NCBI GenBank assembly: GCA_964016885.1
Contig: OZ024742.1
Location: forward strand, 2,542,001 to 2,606,000
Source: Eledone cirrhosa
Lineage: Eukaryota
DNA: 64,000 bases
Direction of reading: 5' to 3'
The position numbers were made by a program, and so were the translations under genes. Positions within the stretch are counted from its first letter, which is position 1. Every line of letters begins with the position of its first letter. Below the pieces are notes generated by a model, which was not told the origin of the DNA, ran no database searches, and worked only from the letters and a program-made list of their open reading frames with translations. Of the stretch, positions 28,050 to 42,084 are shown in pieces.

Positions 28050-30047
28050 ATAAATAACTAAAAGTGTTCCCTACATGGCCCGGAAAATGTTTTTGGAGGT
28101 AAGTTCACGTCAGAGTTCATTCTTCGCAAAAAAAGCGTGTTTTGATTTTGCAGTAGGTCAAGTGTGGTAACTCTGGCCGGTGTTAGGGCAGTCTTTCCCG
28201 GACAAATTTTTCATCCGTTACAAGATGTGGTTACAACCTTACCATTGTCGATACGCACAGGGTCAGGTAAGCAACGTTTGTTTTAAGACGTTTGTTTCTG
28301 CACCTGCCCTCCTGGGTCATTTGAAGCTGGGTCTGGGATGCATGGTTAGTTTCCGGACGTTTTTTGCAGCGCCTGCCCCCCGGGGTGTTAAAGCTTGTTG
28401 CAGGGAGACCCGATATACGGTTTCACTCCTCATCCTTATCCCATCTGAATAAGGATATTTTTAAGCGATGTGTACAGTTTATCGTCGTTTCAGCTCTGCT
28501 GTTGATGAGCTCGTGGGTCGCCGTTATGATGTGGTAGAGCTCCATGAAGCAACTTCCTCTTGAAGTTGTACGGTGCAGCCCTGCCGACAATATCCCAGTT
28601 CGTGGAGAAGCTGATGTTTAAGTCTTTTAATGATGTGATGTAGTCCGCGAGCGAAGTGGAGTGTCTTAATTTCTTATTTGTGAAAGAGTGGAGTGTCTTA
28701 ATTTCTTATTTGTGAAAGAGTGGAGATGTGTTCGAAATCTAATTTTGAATGGGCCAGAGGTAGCTTCTATATAATGCTTAACGCTATTGTGGCTACTTAC
28801 AGTGCACCTATATATAACCCTATCAGTCAAGTAGTATCCCCTAAGAGGGCAGCGTCCCCTGCCGCAGCAGTTGCAATTTCTGTCGCGGTCTCTTCTAATT
28901 CCCACGGTAAGGTTATCATTATTGCTATCTACGTTGTTACCTACGCTCCTGCACCTGTCGTTAGCACCATTATAACCCACTGTGCGCGGGGTGGTTACCA
29001 TTATTATTCCGCACGTCATGTCCTGCATGTTCCCCAGTCATGTCGCGGTTATGCTGGTTGCGTCTGTAGAGGCTGTTGCCAGCACTATTGGATGCTGCTA
29101 GGGAGTCGTTAAGGCCGATATAGTTATTGTTAGGTGTAGGTGCGTCTGTGCTAAGGTGCTGTGTCTTGGTGATCTTACTGTGATTAATTGTTCCTATGAT
29201 GTCTGCTAGGTTAGGAGTAGTAGAGAAGGATATTTTTATATTGTTCCTATTAAGGATTTTTCTATACCTTAGGTTGGGTGGGAAGTTCTTCTCTAATGCT
29301 TCGAAGAATATCCGGGGTATGTTGTAGGCCACACTCCGAGAGTAGGGGGCTGGAACCATAGGACGTTACGGTGGCGATTACGTGTCCTTGTACGTTTGCT
29401 ACGGGTGGTTCCACCAAGGTGACCGTTCTTATGCATGTTAATGTGCTGTAGCCCGTTACGTGCCCCTTTCGCTTTATTCTCGGGGCAGACTTCTTCCTTC
29501 TTCTATGTTTATGTACAGGAAGATGTTAGTTGGAAGGCGTTGGTAGTAGGCCGTCGCCTTTGCTGATTTTATAGTAGGGGAATAATTCGAGTAGGCTACA
29601 GTGGTCACTGTCACCGGGGTCGTGATATTTATTGTGTGGTAAGTTACCTATACCATCGCCAGTGTAATTAACGTTGCGGCCGTGTTCCTTAGTGCGATTA
29701 TCTATACTATTATATCCGACTCCTACGAAGTTGCCACGTGATCGGTTATAGGTATGGCTTACTATAACGTTCGTCTTATGAGAGGGGGGGGGGATTCTGG
29801 AGCTAGCGTTAGGGATGTAGGAAATTCCTTGGTTAAAGCCAGCGCTTATCAAGGCCCTATTGTAGTAATCTGCCGCTTGGTTGAAGATATCCTCATTGGC
29901 GGAGAGTCTCGAGATCCTATGTGAGATGCTATAGACTATGGAGCTGAGAGTCTGCTTACACGCTTTTTTGCGAAGAATGAACTCTGACGTGAACATACCT
30001 CCAAAAACACTTTCCGGGCCATGTAAGGAACACTTTTAGTTATTTAT

Positions 30048-30087
30048 GCCCTTGAGAAGTCCATCCGGGCGAAACGTACTTAGGTGC
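30048..30087 (+). ncRNA. minimal hammerhead-like motif, U3:A8 variant (second pLTR copy)
   Basis: GCCC-TTGAGAA-GTCCatccGGGC-GAAA-CGTACT-TA-GGTGC. The two copies together imply an ancestral palindromic stem III, CGTACG. Confidence 0.6.
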
Positions 30088-30138
30088 TGTTTTAAATAAA
30101 CATGTATTAACGATCTGTTCTATTTCTTACTTTTCCAC

Positions 30139-30192
<54 letters not shown>

Positions 30193-30272
30193 ACATATAT
30201 ATTTCTCAATATCGAGTACTCATTTCTCTCACTGTCAACCACATACGGATATATGTATAATTGTATTACATA

Positions 30273-31118
30273 CTAGCAGTAAAGCCCGGGGCTGCTCAGT
30301 AGCTGTGTTAAAGTTACAATGTTAAGTTCCTTTCTTGGCTTAAAAACTGTAGAGTCTACAGTATAGACTTTGATGTGGTACTTTTGATCAATATTCCCTC
30401 AACCAACAGTATGCCTTATGAAGTTAAGAAAACATAACCATAACCCGAATGTTAAAACAAAAGAGGATGCTGGGGATAAAAACTGCACTGGTAATCTATT
30501 AACAAAAATCGATAATGTAAACACTGCAACACTTGTCTCAGAGAAAAACATCAGCGTAACCAAACTATCAGTTATTTTGAAACAAAGAAATTGGATGGAC
30601 ATGAACAAAAAAAAAAAAAATACATAAATGCGTTATTTGTCTGTCGTTTAAAATCATTGCTTCTAAATGATAATCACATAAGGCTTTATTAGAGATCAAT
30701 GCTTTTTTTACAAAATATTTGCTTGTTTTACGGTGTATTCAAATAGGCTTGTTTTCAAGTAAAAATATTGTTTTAAAAGACTTTTTAATGGAAATGAAGC
30801 AAAATGGAAGCTTAATGTTGGAACTTCGAACTCATGAATTTTGCAGGTTAAAATTTTGCTGGCCCGAAAACTCTTCGTGTATTTTTTGTACTTTTGCACG
30901 CGTAGTTTGTTCATAACGTAAATAGATAAACAAATGACGCCATAACAGGAAAATAACTCGTTTCTCTGAAAAATCAATACATTACAAATTCGATTTTTGC
31001 ACTCACCGCCGGCCATTCATCTATAAGTGTAGCAATTTCACCGAAATTTGAACGTACGGTTTAGGAGATGTGTGCCGACCGTTTTAGTAGACAGACAGAC
31101 AACCTCAGTTTTATATAT
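30273..31118 (-). mobile_element. non-autonomous Helitron
   Basis: Minus-strand 3' end ...cccgggctttactgCTAG|T and 5' region tatataaaactgaggttgtctgtctgtc. Homologous to 38792-39727. Confidence 0.7.
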
Positions 31119-31530
31119 CCGAATTGTTATGGGATGGAACCAAGGAAAAAGGCCTTCATATCACAGCTCCTCCGATCATTCCACAACAGTGTGGACATGA
31201 AAAACAAACACAATCAAGCAAACATACAAGCGATCTCACTTTTAACTGTAAAATGTGGGGTTGACTTCTTCCTCAGGGAAGATAATTTGGACAAGTAACT
31301 GGTGCCAGAATCTATCAGCCTTTGCCTTTCTTTTGGCTTCGATTTCTAATCATCCTTGACCGAAGAAGGTCTTTACCACATATATATATTTATAACGAAA
31401 GATTAATATGGTTCATTGGTTACTCAATGAATATAGTTTTACAATAGATTAAAAGCACTCAACAAGGAAATATTCCTGGAGTTTTAATATTATTCAAAAT
31501 ATTAACAAATGAAGATATTCACATAATCAA

Positions 31531-31608
31531 CATATATGCTTTATTATATATATTTCGAAGGTACTGTGTTGTTATTTTCCAGTACGTCCTCGTCAGATAA
31601 AATATATG
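31531..31608 (-). ncRNA. minimal type I hammerhead ribozyme
   Basis: Minus strand: CATATATTTTAT-CTGACGA-GGACGTACTG...CAGTACCTTC-GAAA-TATATA-TA-ATAAAGCATATATG. Canonical core and extended stem I. Confidence 0.85.
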
Positions 31609-31735
31609 ATTTGATATATGACATACCTCTACGGTCTTGATATTTCAATTCCAGTATTTGCAGTGATTTATTTCATCAAATCTCAACATTTATATACCAC
31701 AAATAATAATATGATAAACTTAAAGAAGAATATCT

Positions 31736-32234
31736 TCATTTGTTAATATTTTGAATAATATTATTCCCAATCGTATTCTTAAAATCGTAACTCCACCCTC
31801 GTGGAGTCCTTCCGAGTGGTCGTTTCCGCTCGCGCGGATTCCACTCGGCAACTGCGCGGGTCCACCGATTATCGGTGAACCGGGCGAGGTTTCCAACCCA
31901 TCTGAACTTGCTGCGCATATATTCCGTGATGACGTCCCTCACGCCGGACTTCTGTCTGATGACTTCGTTCCTAATGTGCTCTCTCAACAATATTCCTAGC
32001 ATTGATCTATCCATGGCTCTTTGAGTCGTTACCAGCCTCTGCTCGTCTCTCTTCGTTGTAGCCCAAGTTTCACCGCCATATAACATTACAGGTAAAACTG
32101 TTCTATTGAAGAAGTTAGCGCGGGTGATCTTGTCCAACCTCCCCTTGAGCACATCCCATATGCCGTTGAACGCCTTCCATCCGGCCCTTACTCTCTGCGA
32201 GATCTCCCTCTCAATGTCTCGGCGCATGTTCACT

Positions 32235-32240
<6 letters not shown>
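31736..32240 (-). pseudogene. RTE-clade LINE ORF 3' fragment
   Basis: EISQRVRAGWKAF...LPVMLYGGETW...QRAMDRSMLG...IRNEVIRQKS...RWVGNLARFTDNRW...KRPLGRTPRGW. Confidence 0.88.
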
Positions 32241-32299
<59 letters not shown>

Positions 32300-32301
<2 letters not shown>

Positions 32302-32625
32302 CTTAAGAGAAACATGAAAATAATGATAAGCACCCAATATTTGAACTGGTTTATAGAATTCTGTTGGCCTTTGTCACTCTAAGTAGAGCTTTAAAAATTA
32401 GCTTTTTAAGAATTTCCCTTTTCTTTAAATCCATCAACCACGACCGACCCGCAACCATCTTATAGACACCTGAAATATAGGCATTGTTAGCTTAAGAGAA
32501 ACTTAAAAATAAGGAGTGGCACCCGTATTCGAACTTGTTTATAGAATTCTTTCTGCCTTTGTCACTCTAAATATAAATTATAGCCTTAAAGAATTAACTT
32601 TTAATGAATTCCCTTTTCTTTCAAC
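32300..32625 (+). repeat. diverged direct duplication (~32300-32430 / ~32489-32622)
   Basis: agcttaagagaaac...gcaccc..tatt.gaact.gtttatagaattct...gcctttgtcactctaa occurs twice. Confidence 0.7.
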
Positions 32626-32708
32626 CAATGACCTCCATCCATCCCACTCCCCACCCTCTCCTACCACCAGAAAAGATATAAATACCACAACATTTATTTT
32701 GGGCAGCC

Positions 32709-32759
32709 AGATTCCTGATGATTTCTAAAGAATGAAACAGTTCTACTCCTGTAGAATCT
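32709..32759 (+). ncRNA. type I hammerhead ribozyme-like motif
   Basis: AGATTC-CTGATGA-tTTCtaaaGAAt-GAAA-CAGttctactcCTG-TA-GAATCT. 6-bp stem I, canonical core, GUA site; first stem II pair is mismatched. Confidence 0.72.
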
Positions 32760-33956
32760 CATCTATATTTATATATATATATATATATAGTAATAATAAT
32801 AAATTTGAAGACTAAAATCCAAAGAGGGCTCGATAAGGATAAATATATATCAAATATATAATAACCGTAGAGCAAATATTTATATATATATAGAATGATA
32901 TTAAATAAATGGAAACTATATATATAAAACCATATTTATTTTGTTATATATGTTTACAAGAACTAAATAAATTCGTCTAAACATTAATAGAGTTCTTACA
33001 TTTAAGTATGAAGAAAATTTCCTCAACACACAATTTGCAAAATCTAGATAAAGCTATGTTTCGGTAGGCAAGTCCTTCGAAATTATTTCCCAAGTTAAAG
33101 AATAATCCATATTTTTGCATTTTAAGTTCCATATCAGGTTTCATAGAGAAGTTGAAGATTTTTTATCAAGTTTTCGGAAAGAGCATTTGTGATTATTCCA
33201 ACGACTTTTAAAGTCTGTAGAAGTTGAATCTACATAGTTAAATATATTATCACTGGTTTTGACTGTGCATTTATAGACCACGTCCTTACCTCTAAGCACT
33301 TATGTTTTAAAGGACAGTTTGATTTAATTCTACAGTTACATTTAGCGGAATTGATGTTATTCGGAACGGTACTATTATGTTGGATATTGGTAGAGGTATT
33401 ACTGCTATTGTGGTTAGGGTTTAAATTTATATTATTGATTCTATTTATATTTTGTGCTATGTTCATAGTAGTAGAGGAAGATAGTTTTATTGTATGTCTG
33501 TTAAAGATTGGGTGGTATCTATGGGCTTTTGGAAAACACTTATCTAGTGCTTTAAACAATAGCTTTGTTAAAGGTGTTTTAACGCTTAATGAGAATGGGG
33601 GTGAGTACCAAATTATATTTCTAGTTCTATTTCTTCTGTTAGTTTTAGAGTTTAAGTTAGATTTTTTTTTATTGTAATTATAATTAATAGTAGGGTTATT
33701 TGCCTTATCACTGTTGTCGATGTATTTAATCTTATTTATATAGCCTGCTCTATTTAACGATTCATTATAATATTCTGCCTTATCGTCAAAAATGTTTTTA
33801 TTAGCGAAGATGCGTGAAATACGCTGTTGGATAGAATTTACAATAGTGTTCTTGATAGATCTAGGATGATTAGAGTTAAAACTTACTTAAGATTGTAGCT
33901 ATTGAAAAATTGTATTATTGATTTTCTTTTTCTATTAATTTCACAATTGCTAAATA

Positions 33957-36142
33957 ATGGAATTCTTTAGGATTTCTTCTTCTCTAAAAGATGTACCTTT
34001 TCCTAAGAATAAGGACTATCTTAAACAACTCATTGAGAAATCTGACTCCTTTGTGCGAAGACTTAGATGGCGTGCCTTCCATTTCGATAGAAAATCAGAT
34101 GAAAAAACAAATAAATCCAGTTACAACTTCGATATGATCTTCAAATCCAAGAAAAATCCACCTAACAACAAACTATTAATGGAATTTGAAAATGAAATAA
34201 TATCAATTATACAAAACATCAAATTCAAGAAAAAACAATTGGCAGGCCAGGAATGCCTTAAAGGCCTTAAGAATAATATAGACAATCTTGAAAAACTGAG
34301 AAATCCTCGTAAAATCTGACAAAACTAACAATCTATACGGAATGCAAAAGGACGAATACAATAACCTTATATTGGAAGAACTAAAGAAAAGCTACAAAAT
34401 AGCAATCACTGAAGTAAATAGAGAAATGGTAAATAAGCTTCTGAAATAATTCATAAATTAGGCATTGAAAACAGGACCGAACCCTTTATATCTAGAAAGC
34501 CAAAAATTAACCTGAAATATCACAAAAGAAACTTTGAAATAGAACTACCAGTCAGACTTATAGCACCATCTTAATCAGACTTAGGCATAGTTAGTAAACA
34601 TATATTAGATAGAATCATACCGCAACTTAAAGAAATATCTTACCTAAAACTATGGAACGATACTTAACGAGGTTATAGATTGGTTCAATAACATAAAATT
34701 TAAACATAACAAAAAATTCATTCAATTAGATATAGCAAACTACTACTCCTCCATTACTCCTAATTTACTTAATAAAGCTCTTATCTATGCATCTAAACAT
34801 ACAGATTTATCTAGCGAAGAAATGAATATCATTTTAACCGCACGGAAACCTTTAATTGAATTCAACAATCATCTCTGGACTAGAGCTGATAGAAAAAATA
34901 ATTTTGATATCACCATGGGGTCATCAGACTCGGCGCCAATAACGGATCTTGTGAGGCTATTTATTAATAATACACTACATAGAAAAATACCAGAGATGAC
35001 CGGTGGTTTATATCGTGATGATATGCTGTTAAAAATTGAAAATCATAGTAATTGTGAAATTAATAGAAAAAGAAAATCAATAATACAATTTTTCAATAGC
35101 TACAATCTTAAGTTAGAAATAGAGAATAACTATAAAATTGTTAACTTTTTAGACGTAACATTAAACCTTGACACAGGGTTCTACTATCCATTCCATGAAA
35201 TTAATGAGAATCTAAACTATGTAAGTTTTAACTCTATTCATCCTAGATCTATCAAGAACACTATTGTAAATTCTATCCAACAACGTATTTCACGCATCTC
35301 CGCTAATAAAAACATTTTTGACGATAAGGCAGAATATTATAATGAATCTTTAAATAGAGCAGGCTATATAAATAAGATTAAATACATCGACAACAGTGAA
35401 AAGGCAAATAACCCTACTATTAATTATAATTACAATAAAAAAAACTAACTTAAACTCTAAAACTAACAGAAGAAATAGAACTAGAAATATAATTTGGTAC
35501 TCACCCCCATTCTCATTAAGCGTTAAAACACCTTTAGCAAAGCTATTGTTTAAAGCACTAGATAAGTGTTTTCCAAAAGCCCATAGATACCACCCAATCT
35601 TTAACAGACATACAATAAAACTATCTTCCTCTACTACTATGAACATAGCACAAAATATAAATAGAATCAATAATATAAATTCAAACCCTAACCACAATAG
35701 CAGTAATACCTCTACCAATATCCAACATAATAGTACCGTTCCGAATAACATCAATTCCGCTAAATGAAACTGTAGAATTAAATCAAACTGTCCTTTAAAA
35801 TATAAGTGCTTAGATAAGGACGTGGTCTATAAATGCACAGTCAAAACCAGTTGGAATAATCACAAATGCTCTTTCCTAAAACTTAATAAAAAATCTTCAA
35901 CTTCTCTATGAAACCTGATATGGAACTTAAAATGCAAAAATATGGACTATTCTTTAACTTGGGAACTAATTTCGAAAGCACCTGCCTACCGAAACATAGC
36001 TTTATCTAGATTTTGCAAATTGTGTGTTGAGGAAATTTTCTTCATACTTAAATGTAAGAACTCTATTAATGTACGGACGAGTTTATTTAGTTCTTGTAAA
36101 CATCGCCTAAATTCAACGTTTAAAACTATATATAAATTATAA
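33957..36142 (+). pseudogene. Naiad-like RT + GIY-YIG ORF, multiply disrupted
   Basis: SLKDVP..FVRRLRWRAFHF, VKSDKTNNLY, FDITMGSSDSA, GLYRDD, NFLDVTLNL, IIWYSPPFS, K*NCRIKSNCPL, CKLCVEE, SCKH. Confidence 0.88.
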
Positions 36143-37335
36143 TTACACTTATAATATTTCTACTTATTTCCATAACAATCTTATCCACTCTGGTTTAATA
36201 TATTGTTATCTCTAAATCATGTCTATAATATTTGCTATAATTTCACTTCTTAAAATTTCTTAAAATATATACATATAAGATCCTAACTTTTAATTTTTTA
36301 AATTAAAATTTTTATTTTTAATTTTAATTTTAATATTTTAAAAATTTTTTTTAATTCTTTATTTTCTATTTTTTATTTTTTATTTCTTAAATTTTTCATA
36401 TATTTTTAAAAATTACTTATTTTAAAAATTACTTATTATTTTTTAAAAATTTACTTATCTCTTATAAATTATTTAAAAAAAATTTTCCCGAATTTTTAAT
36501 ATTTTTTAATAAATTTTTTTAATATATTTTATTAGATTTATAACCACTAACTAATTCAGGCTAAATATATCTTTCAACATTTATATCTTTAACATTTATA
36601 CTTATTTTGACAAAATAGTCTCATACTGACAAATAAATTAAAAAAACTGGAGTTTTTTCCGTTTCTTCCCAATTTAAAATATATAAATATAAATATTCTT
36701 ATTAACTCAGTTAACTTAATTTAATTGAACTCAATATTTACTTACATTAAATATAAACCAATATCCCTCATTAAAACAATTATCTATAACATGATATACC
36801 CATCTATCCATTTATCTATCTATTTATCTATTTATCTATTTATTGATTTATTTTTCTATTTATTGTTCTATCTATCTATTTTTCCAGCTATTTATTTTTC
36901 CATATATTTTTCTATGTAATTTTATATATATTTATTTTTCTATATATATCTATTTATTTTTCTAATTACTTATAACAGTAAATATATTAGAAAAGAATTT
37001 TAACAACTAAATAATCGTTAATATACGTACCGTTAGTAGATATATACTTAAAATTTATTCCCCCATACTAACGTTACATGAGTTCTATTCATCCTCTTGT
37101 TAATTTCTTCTTTCTATTTCTCTCGTAATATTATTATTTTTTATTTTTTCTCTCTCTCTTTCTTCTTTCTCTTTCTCCAGTGTCATTTAAATAAACGGTT
37201 GTTTTTCAATTATTTACATATTCATTTGCATATTCACACATAAGTTTGAATAATCCCTAATATATTTCCACTATCCAGTGAATTTCCAACCGATAAGGTA
37301 TGATTTTCATGGGTACGTCTCTAAAACAAACTTTG

Positions 37336-37400
37336 TATTTTATCTGATGAAAGCGTACCAATATTGTCTTGCTTGTCCTTGAAATATATATAATAAAATA
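37336..37400 (+). ncRNA. minimal type I hammerhead ribozyme in the Naiad pLTR
   Basis: TATTTTAT-CTGATGA-AAG...CTT-GAAA-TATATA-TA-ATAAAATA. Perfect 8-bp stem I; stem II is more degenerate than in the 13949 copy. Confidence 0.8.
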
Positions 37401-37564
37401 AATATGGTTTTATAAATATAGTTTCCATTTATTTAATATCATTGAATATTTACTCCAGTAAGCTGTTGAGTGCTCCAAATCAGTTATAAACATTTAGGTT
37501 TGTCGGATTTCCAACAAATTAAATACAACTTCTACTTATATATATATATATTTATATATATATA

Positions 37565-38560
<996 letters not shown>

Positions 38561-38562
38561 AT

Positions 38563-38625
<63 letters not shown>

Positions 38626-38791
38626 ATATAAAGAAATACACAGATACATGCAAACACATACATATACATGAATATATCCACATATATCTCTGAATTTGTG
38701 GTGCCAACCTCAACCGTTGTTGCTCTATGAATAACTGGGACAAAATAATCCGAATGGATTAGATTGATTCATATCAGACCTATATAATACA

Positions 38792-39727
38792 CTAGCAGTA
38801 AAGCCCGGCGTTGCTCGGGGTCGCTCAGTAGCTGTGTTAAAGTTACAATGTTAAGTTTCTTTATTGGCTTAAAAACTGTAGTGTCTACTGTGCAGACTTG
38901 CATGTGGTGTTTTTTATTAATATTCCCTCAACCAACAATATTCCTTATGAAGTTAAGAAAACATAACGATAACCCGAATGTTATAACAAAAGAGGATGCT
39001 GGGGACAGAAACTGCACTGGTTATTTATTAACAAAGATCGAAAATGTAAACACTGCAACGCAGAGAAAAACATTAGCGTAACCAAATTATCAGTTATGTC
39101 TGTCTGCACGCCTATATCATCTCTCTGCACGACTGTCTGTCTGCACGTCTATATCACCTCTCTGCACGACTGTCTGTCTGCACGCCTATATCACCTCTCT
39201 GCACGACTGTCTGTCTGCACGCCTATATCACCTCTCTGCAACGACTATCTGTCTGCACGCGTATATCACCTCTCTGCACGACTGTCTGTCTGCACGCCTA
39301 ACGACGAAATATTTGCTTGTTTTACGTAGTCTTTAAATAGACTTGTTTTCAAGTAAAAATATTGTTTTAAAATGCTTTTAAATGGAAATGAAGCAAAACG
39401 GAAGCTTAGTGTTCGAACTGATGAATTTTGCAGGTCAATATTTTGCTGGCTCGACAACTGAGAAAGCCAGCGTAATTTTTTACGTAAGACGCTCAATGTA
39501 AACAGAACAAAGGGAAATAACTGATAACTTACGCTCAAAAATCGATACATTATATTCGATTTCGTCAGATAGGGCGGGTCAATTTGAAATATTGTTTTTC
39601 CGATGTCTTCGCTAGGGCTCAATGTACAAGTATAGCAATTTCGGTGCAATTCCGTGAGAGATTCTAAGAGGAGATGTGTGCCAAAAATCGATAGACAGAC
39701 AGACAACCACAGTTTTATATATATAGA
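38792..39727 (-). mobile_element. non-autonomous Helitron with intact ends
   Basis: Minus strand A|TCtatatatataaaactgtggttgtctgtctgtc...cccgagcaacgccggg hairpin...CTAG|T: 5' TC, subterminal hairpin, 3' CTAG and an A|T insertion site. Confidence 0.8.
39097..39300 (+). repeat. 37-bp minisatellite (~5.5 units) inside the Helitron
   Basis: tgtctgtctgcacgcctatatcacctctctgcacgac starts at 39097, 39134, 39171 and onward. Confidence 0.92.
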
Positions 39728-39809
39728 TTATACGTGATTGACTCCCCCTCCCCCTTTCGGGATTATATCTTGCGTCCTACGGATGTGTTTCGAAACTCTA
39801 AATGAGGTA

Positions 39810-39902
39810 TCCTCTTGATAAGTCGGCAAACCTCACAAAAATACTGTATCTCTGTGATGTAGTGTTTTTGCATAATATGCCACGAAACTACGTAGTCGAG
39901 GA
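39810..39902 (+). ncRNA. type I hammerhead ribozyme, U3:A8 variant with long stem II
   Basis: TCCTC-TTGATAA-GTcGGCA...CAAAAATACTGTATC tctgt GATGTAGTGTTTTTG...TGCCAC-GAAA-CTACGTAG-TC-GAGGA. Confidence 0.8.
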
Positions 39903-40066
39903 GTAATTAAGGAATTTTGGTAGGGTATATCTTATTAATTATATCTAATGTTTCTTCGTTCTTTATAATGTATTATATATATATATACGTATATGCACAT
40001 ATCTGTATATATAATTTAATTTTTCTAAGTTTGTTATTATACATATACATTCGTACACACACTCAA

Positions 40067-40103
<37 letters not shown>

Positions 40104-40105
40104 CA

Positions 40106-40170
<65 letters not shown>

Positions 40171-40684
40171 ATACTTGGGGAGGGTCATATTTGTGTAATA
40201 TTGCCAGAATTAATAACAGAACACACTCACTGTTTGGTTGGTTTTCGCTTTTCGCTTCTGTGTCTTTTATATCGGTAATCTAATTTATTCGGTCCTCAAT
40301 GTTGCCATTGACTGACCAACGGTAAAAAATAATACAGATACAATATAGACACATATATATAGTTTATCAAACACATATATAGTTTATCAAAGTTCTTTCG
40401 TTGCATATCTGCAACATCGTCAGTAGTGCTATGGTTTCCTCCCGTTGCATTGTATTCTCTACGCCATCTATATTTAGTCTGTTTATATATTTATTTATTA
40501 GTTTATTTTATTTTGTCTTCTTTGCGCATGCGTTTGTGTGAGTGTTTAGTGTTTTGTTTGATGTGTGTTAGTGATTGGGTGACTGTGTATTGGTTAATGT
40601 ATTCTATCTTTACTAGTATGTGTTTATATGTGTTTGTTGTTATTGTGCTTGTGTATGTATTTATTTATTTATCTATTTATTTAT

Positions 40685-41042
40685 TTATACTTCTCTTAGG
40701 TCAGTGTTGTTTGTTTGGGTGTTGTTGTTATACCATTCATTCTTTCTGTTTAGCCTTGGCCTTCTAAGTTCTATTTCACTGGCCTCTCTGATTTTCCTAT
40801 CTGCTGGGTCATTTCTATGTTTACATATTATTCTAATTTCTATGTTGTCTATGCTACCGTCGTATTGTTGTCTGGCATGTTCGTATTGTACTGAACCGTT
40901 TTTTCGTCCTTTTAGTTCCCCCCAGTGTTGGTCTATCCTTTCACCTATGCTACGAGCTGTCTCGTCTATGTATGTTGTCATGTTTCTGCAAGTACCCTCT
41001 ATACATCGTAAGCTATAGACTACGTTTCTAGTTTTACAGTTT
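40685..41042 (-). pseudogene. PLE GIY-YIG endonuclease fragment
   Basis: NCKTRNVVYSLRC...C...TYIDETARSIGERIDQH...EH...RKIREASEI...PRLNRKNEW. Confidence 0.85.
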
Positions 41043-41080
41043 ATATATATACATATATATATACACACACACACACACAC

Positions 41081-41213
<133 letters not shown>

Positions 41214-41856
41214 AATGTATATGTATAATAACAAACTTAGGAAAATTAAATAGGAGACAAGACAACGAATGAAAACTAGGCAAAACGAATTTATTGGAGA
41301 GAGAGAGGGGTAGATAGATAGAGAGAGAGAAAGAGAGGGAGAGAGAGAGAGAGAAATATACATATACACACAAACATAGACACATACACGAATGCGCACA
41401 CACAAACATATATATATATATGAATATGTGCGTTTCTCTTTGTGAGTTTTTCCCCACCAACATGTGACATTACCAATGTACAAACACATCGATTTCAGCT
41501 GGTACTTTAAATAAATCCGATTACATTTTGAATAAGTGGGTTAAGGTTTATTTCTTCTCAAATAATATTCTCTATGTCCAAACAGCCATAAATTACGGAC
41601 GAACAATTTATAATAATTACATTTTTTTTCAAAACGCAATTACATGATAGGTTTTTACTAAAGCATTAAATTTTTCTCGGTTGTAAGTTAATGGCGGTTT
41701 GTAATACAAGATTTCTATAATAGCCGTCGTTTCTATAAAGTCTCCTAACATAGTAGCGCTTTTGAAGTTTCTATGAGAAATTTTAAATGATTACTGTAGT
41801 TAGAATAGAAAAATACATAGCAAATCTTCCTCTGTGAATAGACCACCACATATCGC

Positions 41857-41939
<83 letters not shown>

Positions 41940-41941
41940 TA

Positions 41942-41990
41942 TGTCAGGTCACCAGGTGGTGCTACTGGTAACATGTATCCCAGTACAACC

Positions 41991-42084
<94 letters not shown>

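Larger units (their letters stand above)
27954..30140 (-). mobile_element. 5'-truncated Naiad-like PLE (second family) bounded by ~185-bp inverted pLTRs
   Basis: RISRLSANEDIFNQAADYYNRAL, W.QPPYSRSV..KILNRNNIKISFS, CNCCGRGRCPL..VIYRC..YI.ATSGPFKIRF. 27954-28140 is the reverse complement of 29957-30140. Confidence 0.85.
32895..37512 (+). mobile_element. Naiad-like PLE, near full length, preceded by a ~1.06-kb inverted copy of its own 3' part (32895-33955)
   Basis: ORF remnants at 33957-36142, an AT-rich 3' region and a hammerhead at 37336. 32951-33885 is the reverse complement of ~35220-36100, and 32895-32950 of ~37385-37445. Confidence 0.88.

Noticed and set aside
40385-40430. Complete hammerhead on the minus strand (CTGACGA-t-GTTGCA gata TGCAAC-GAAA)
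   Set aside because: Core and stem II are present but stems I and III cannot be closed; counted only as partial.
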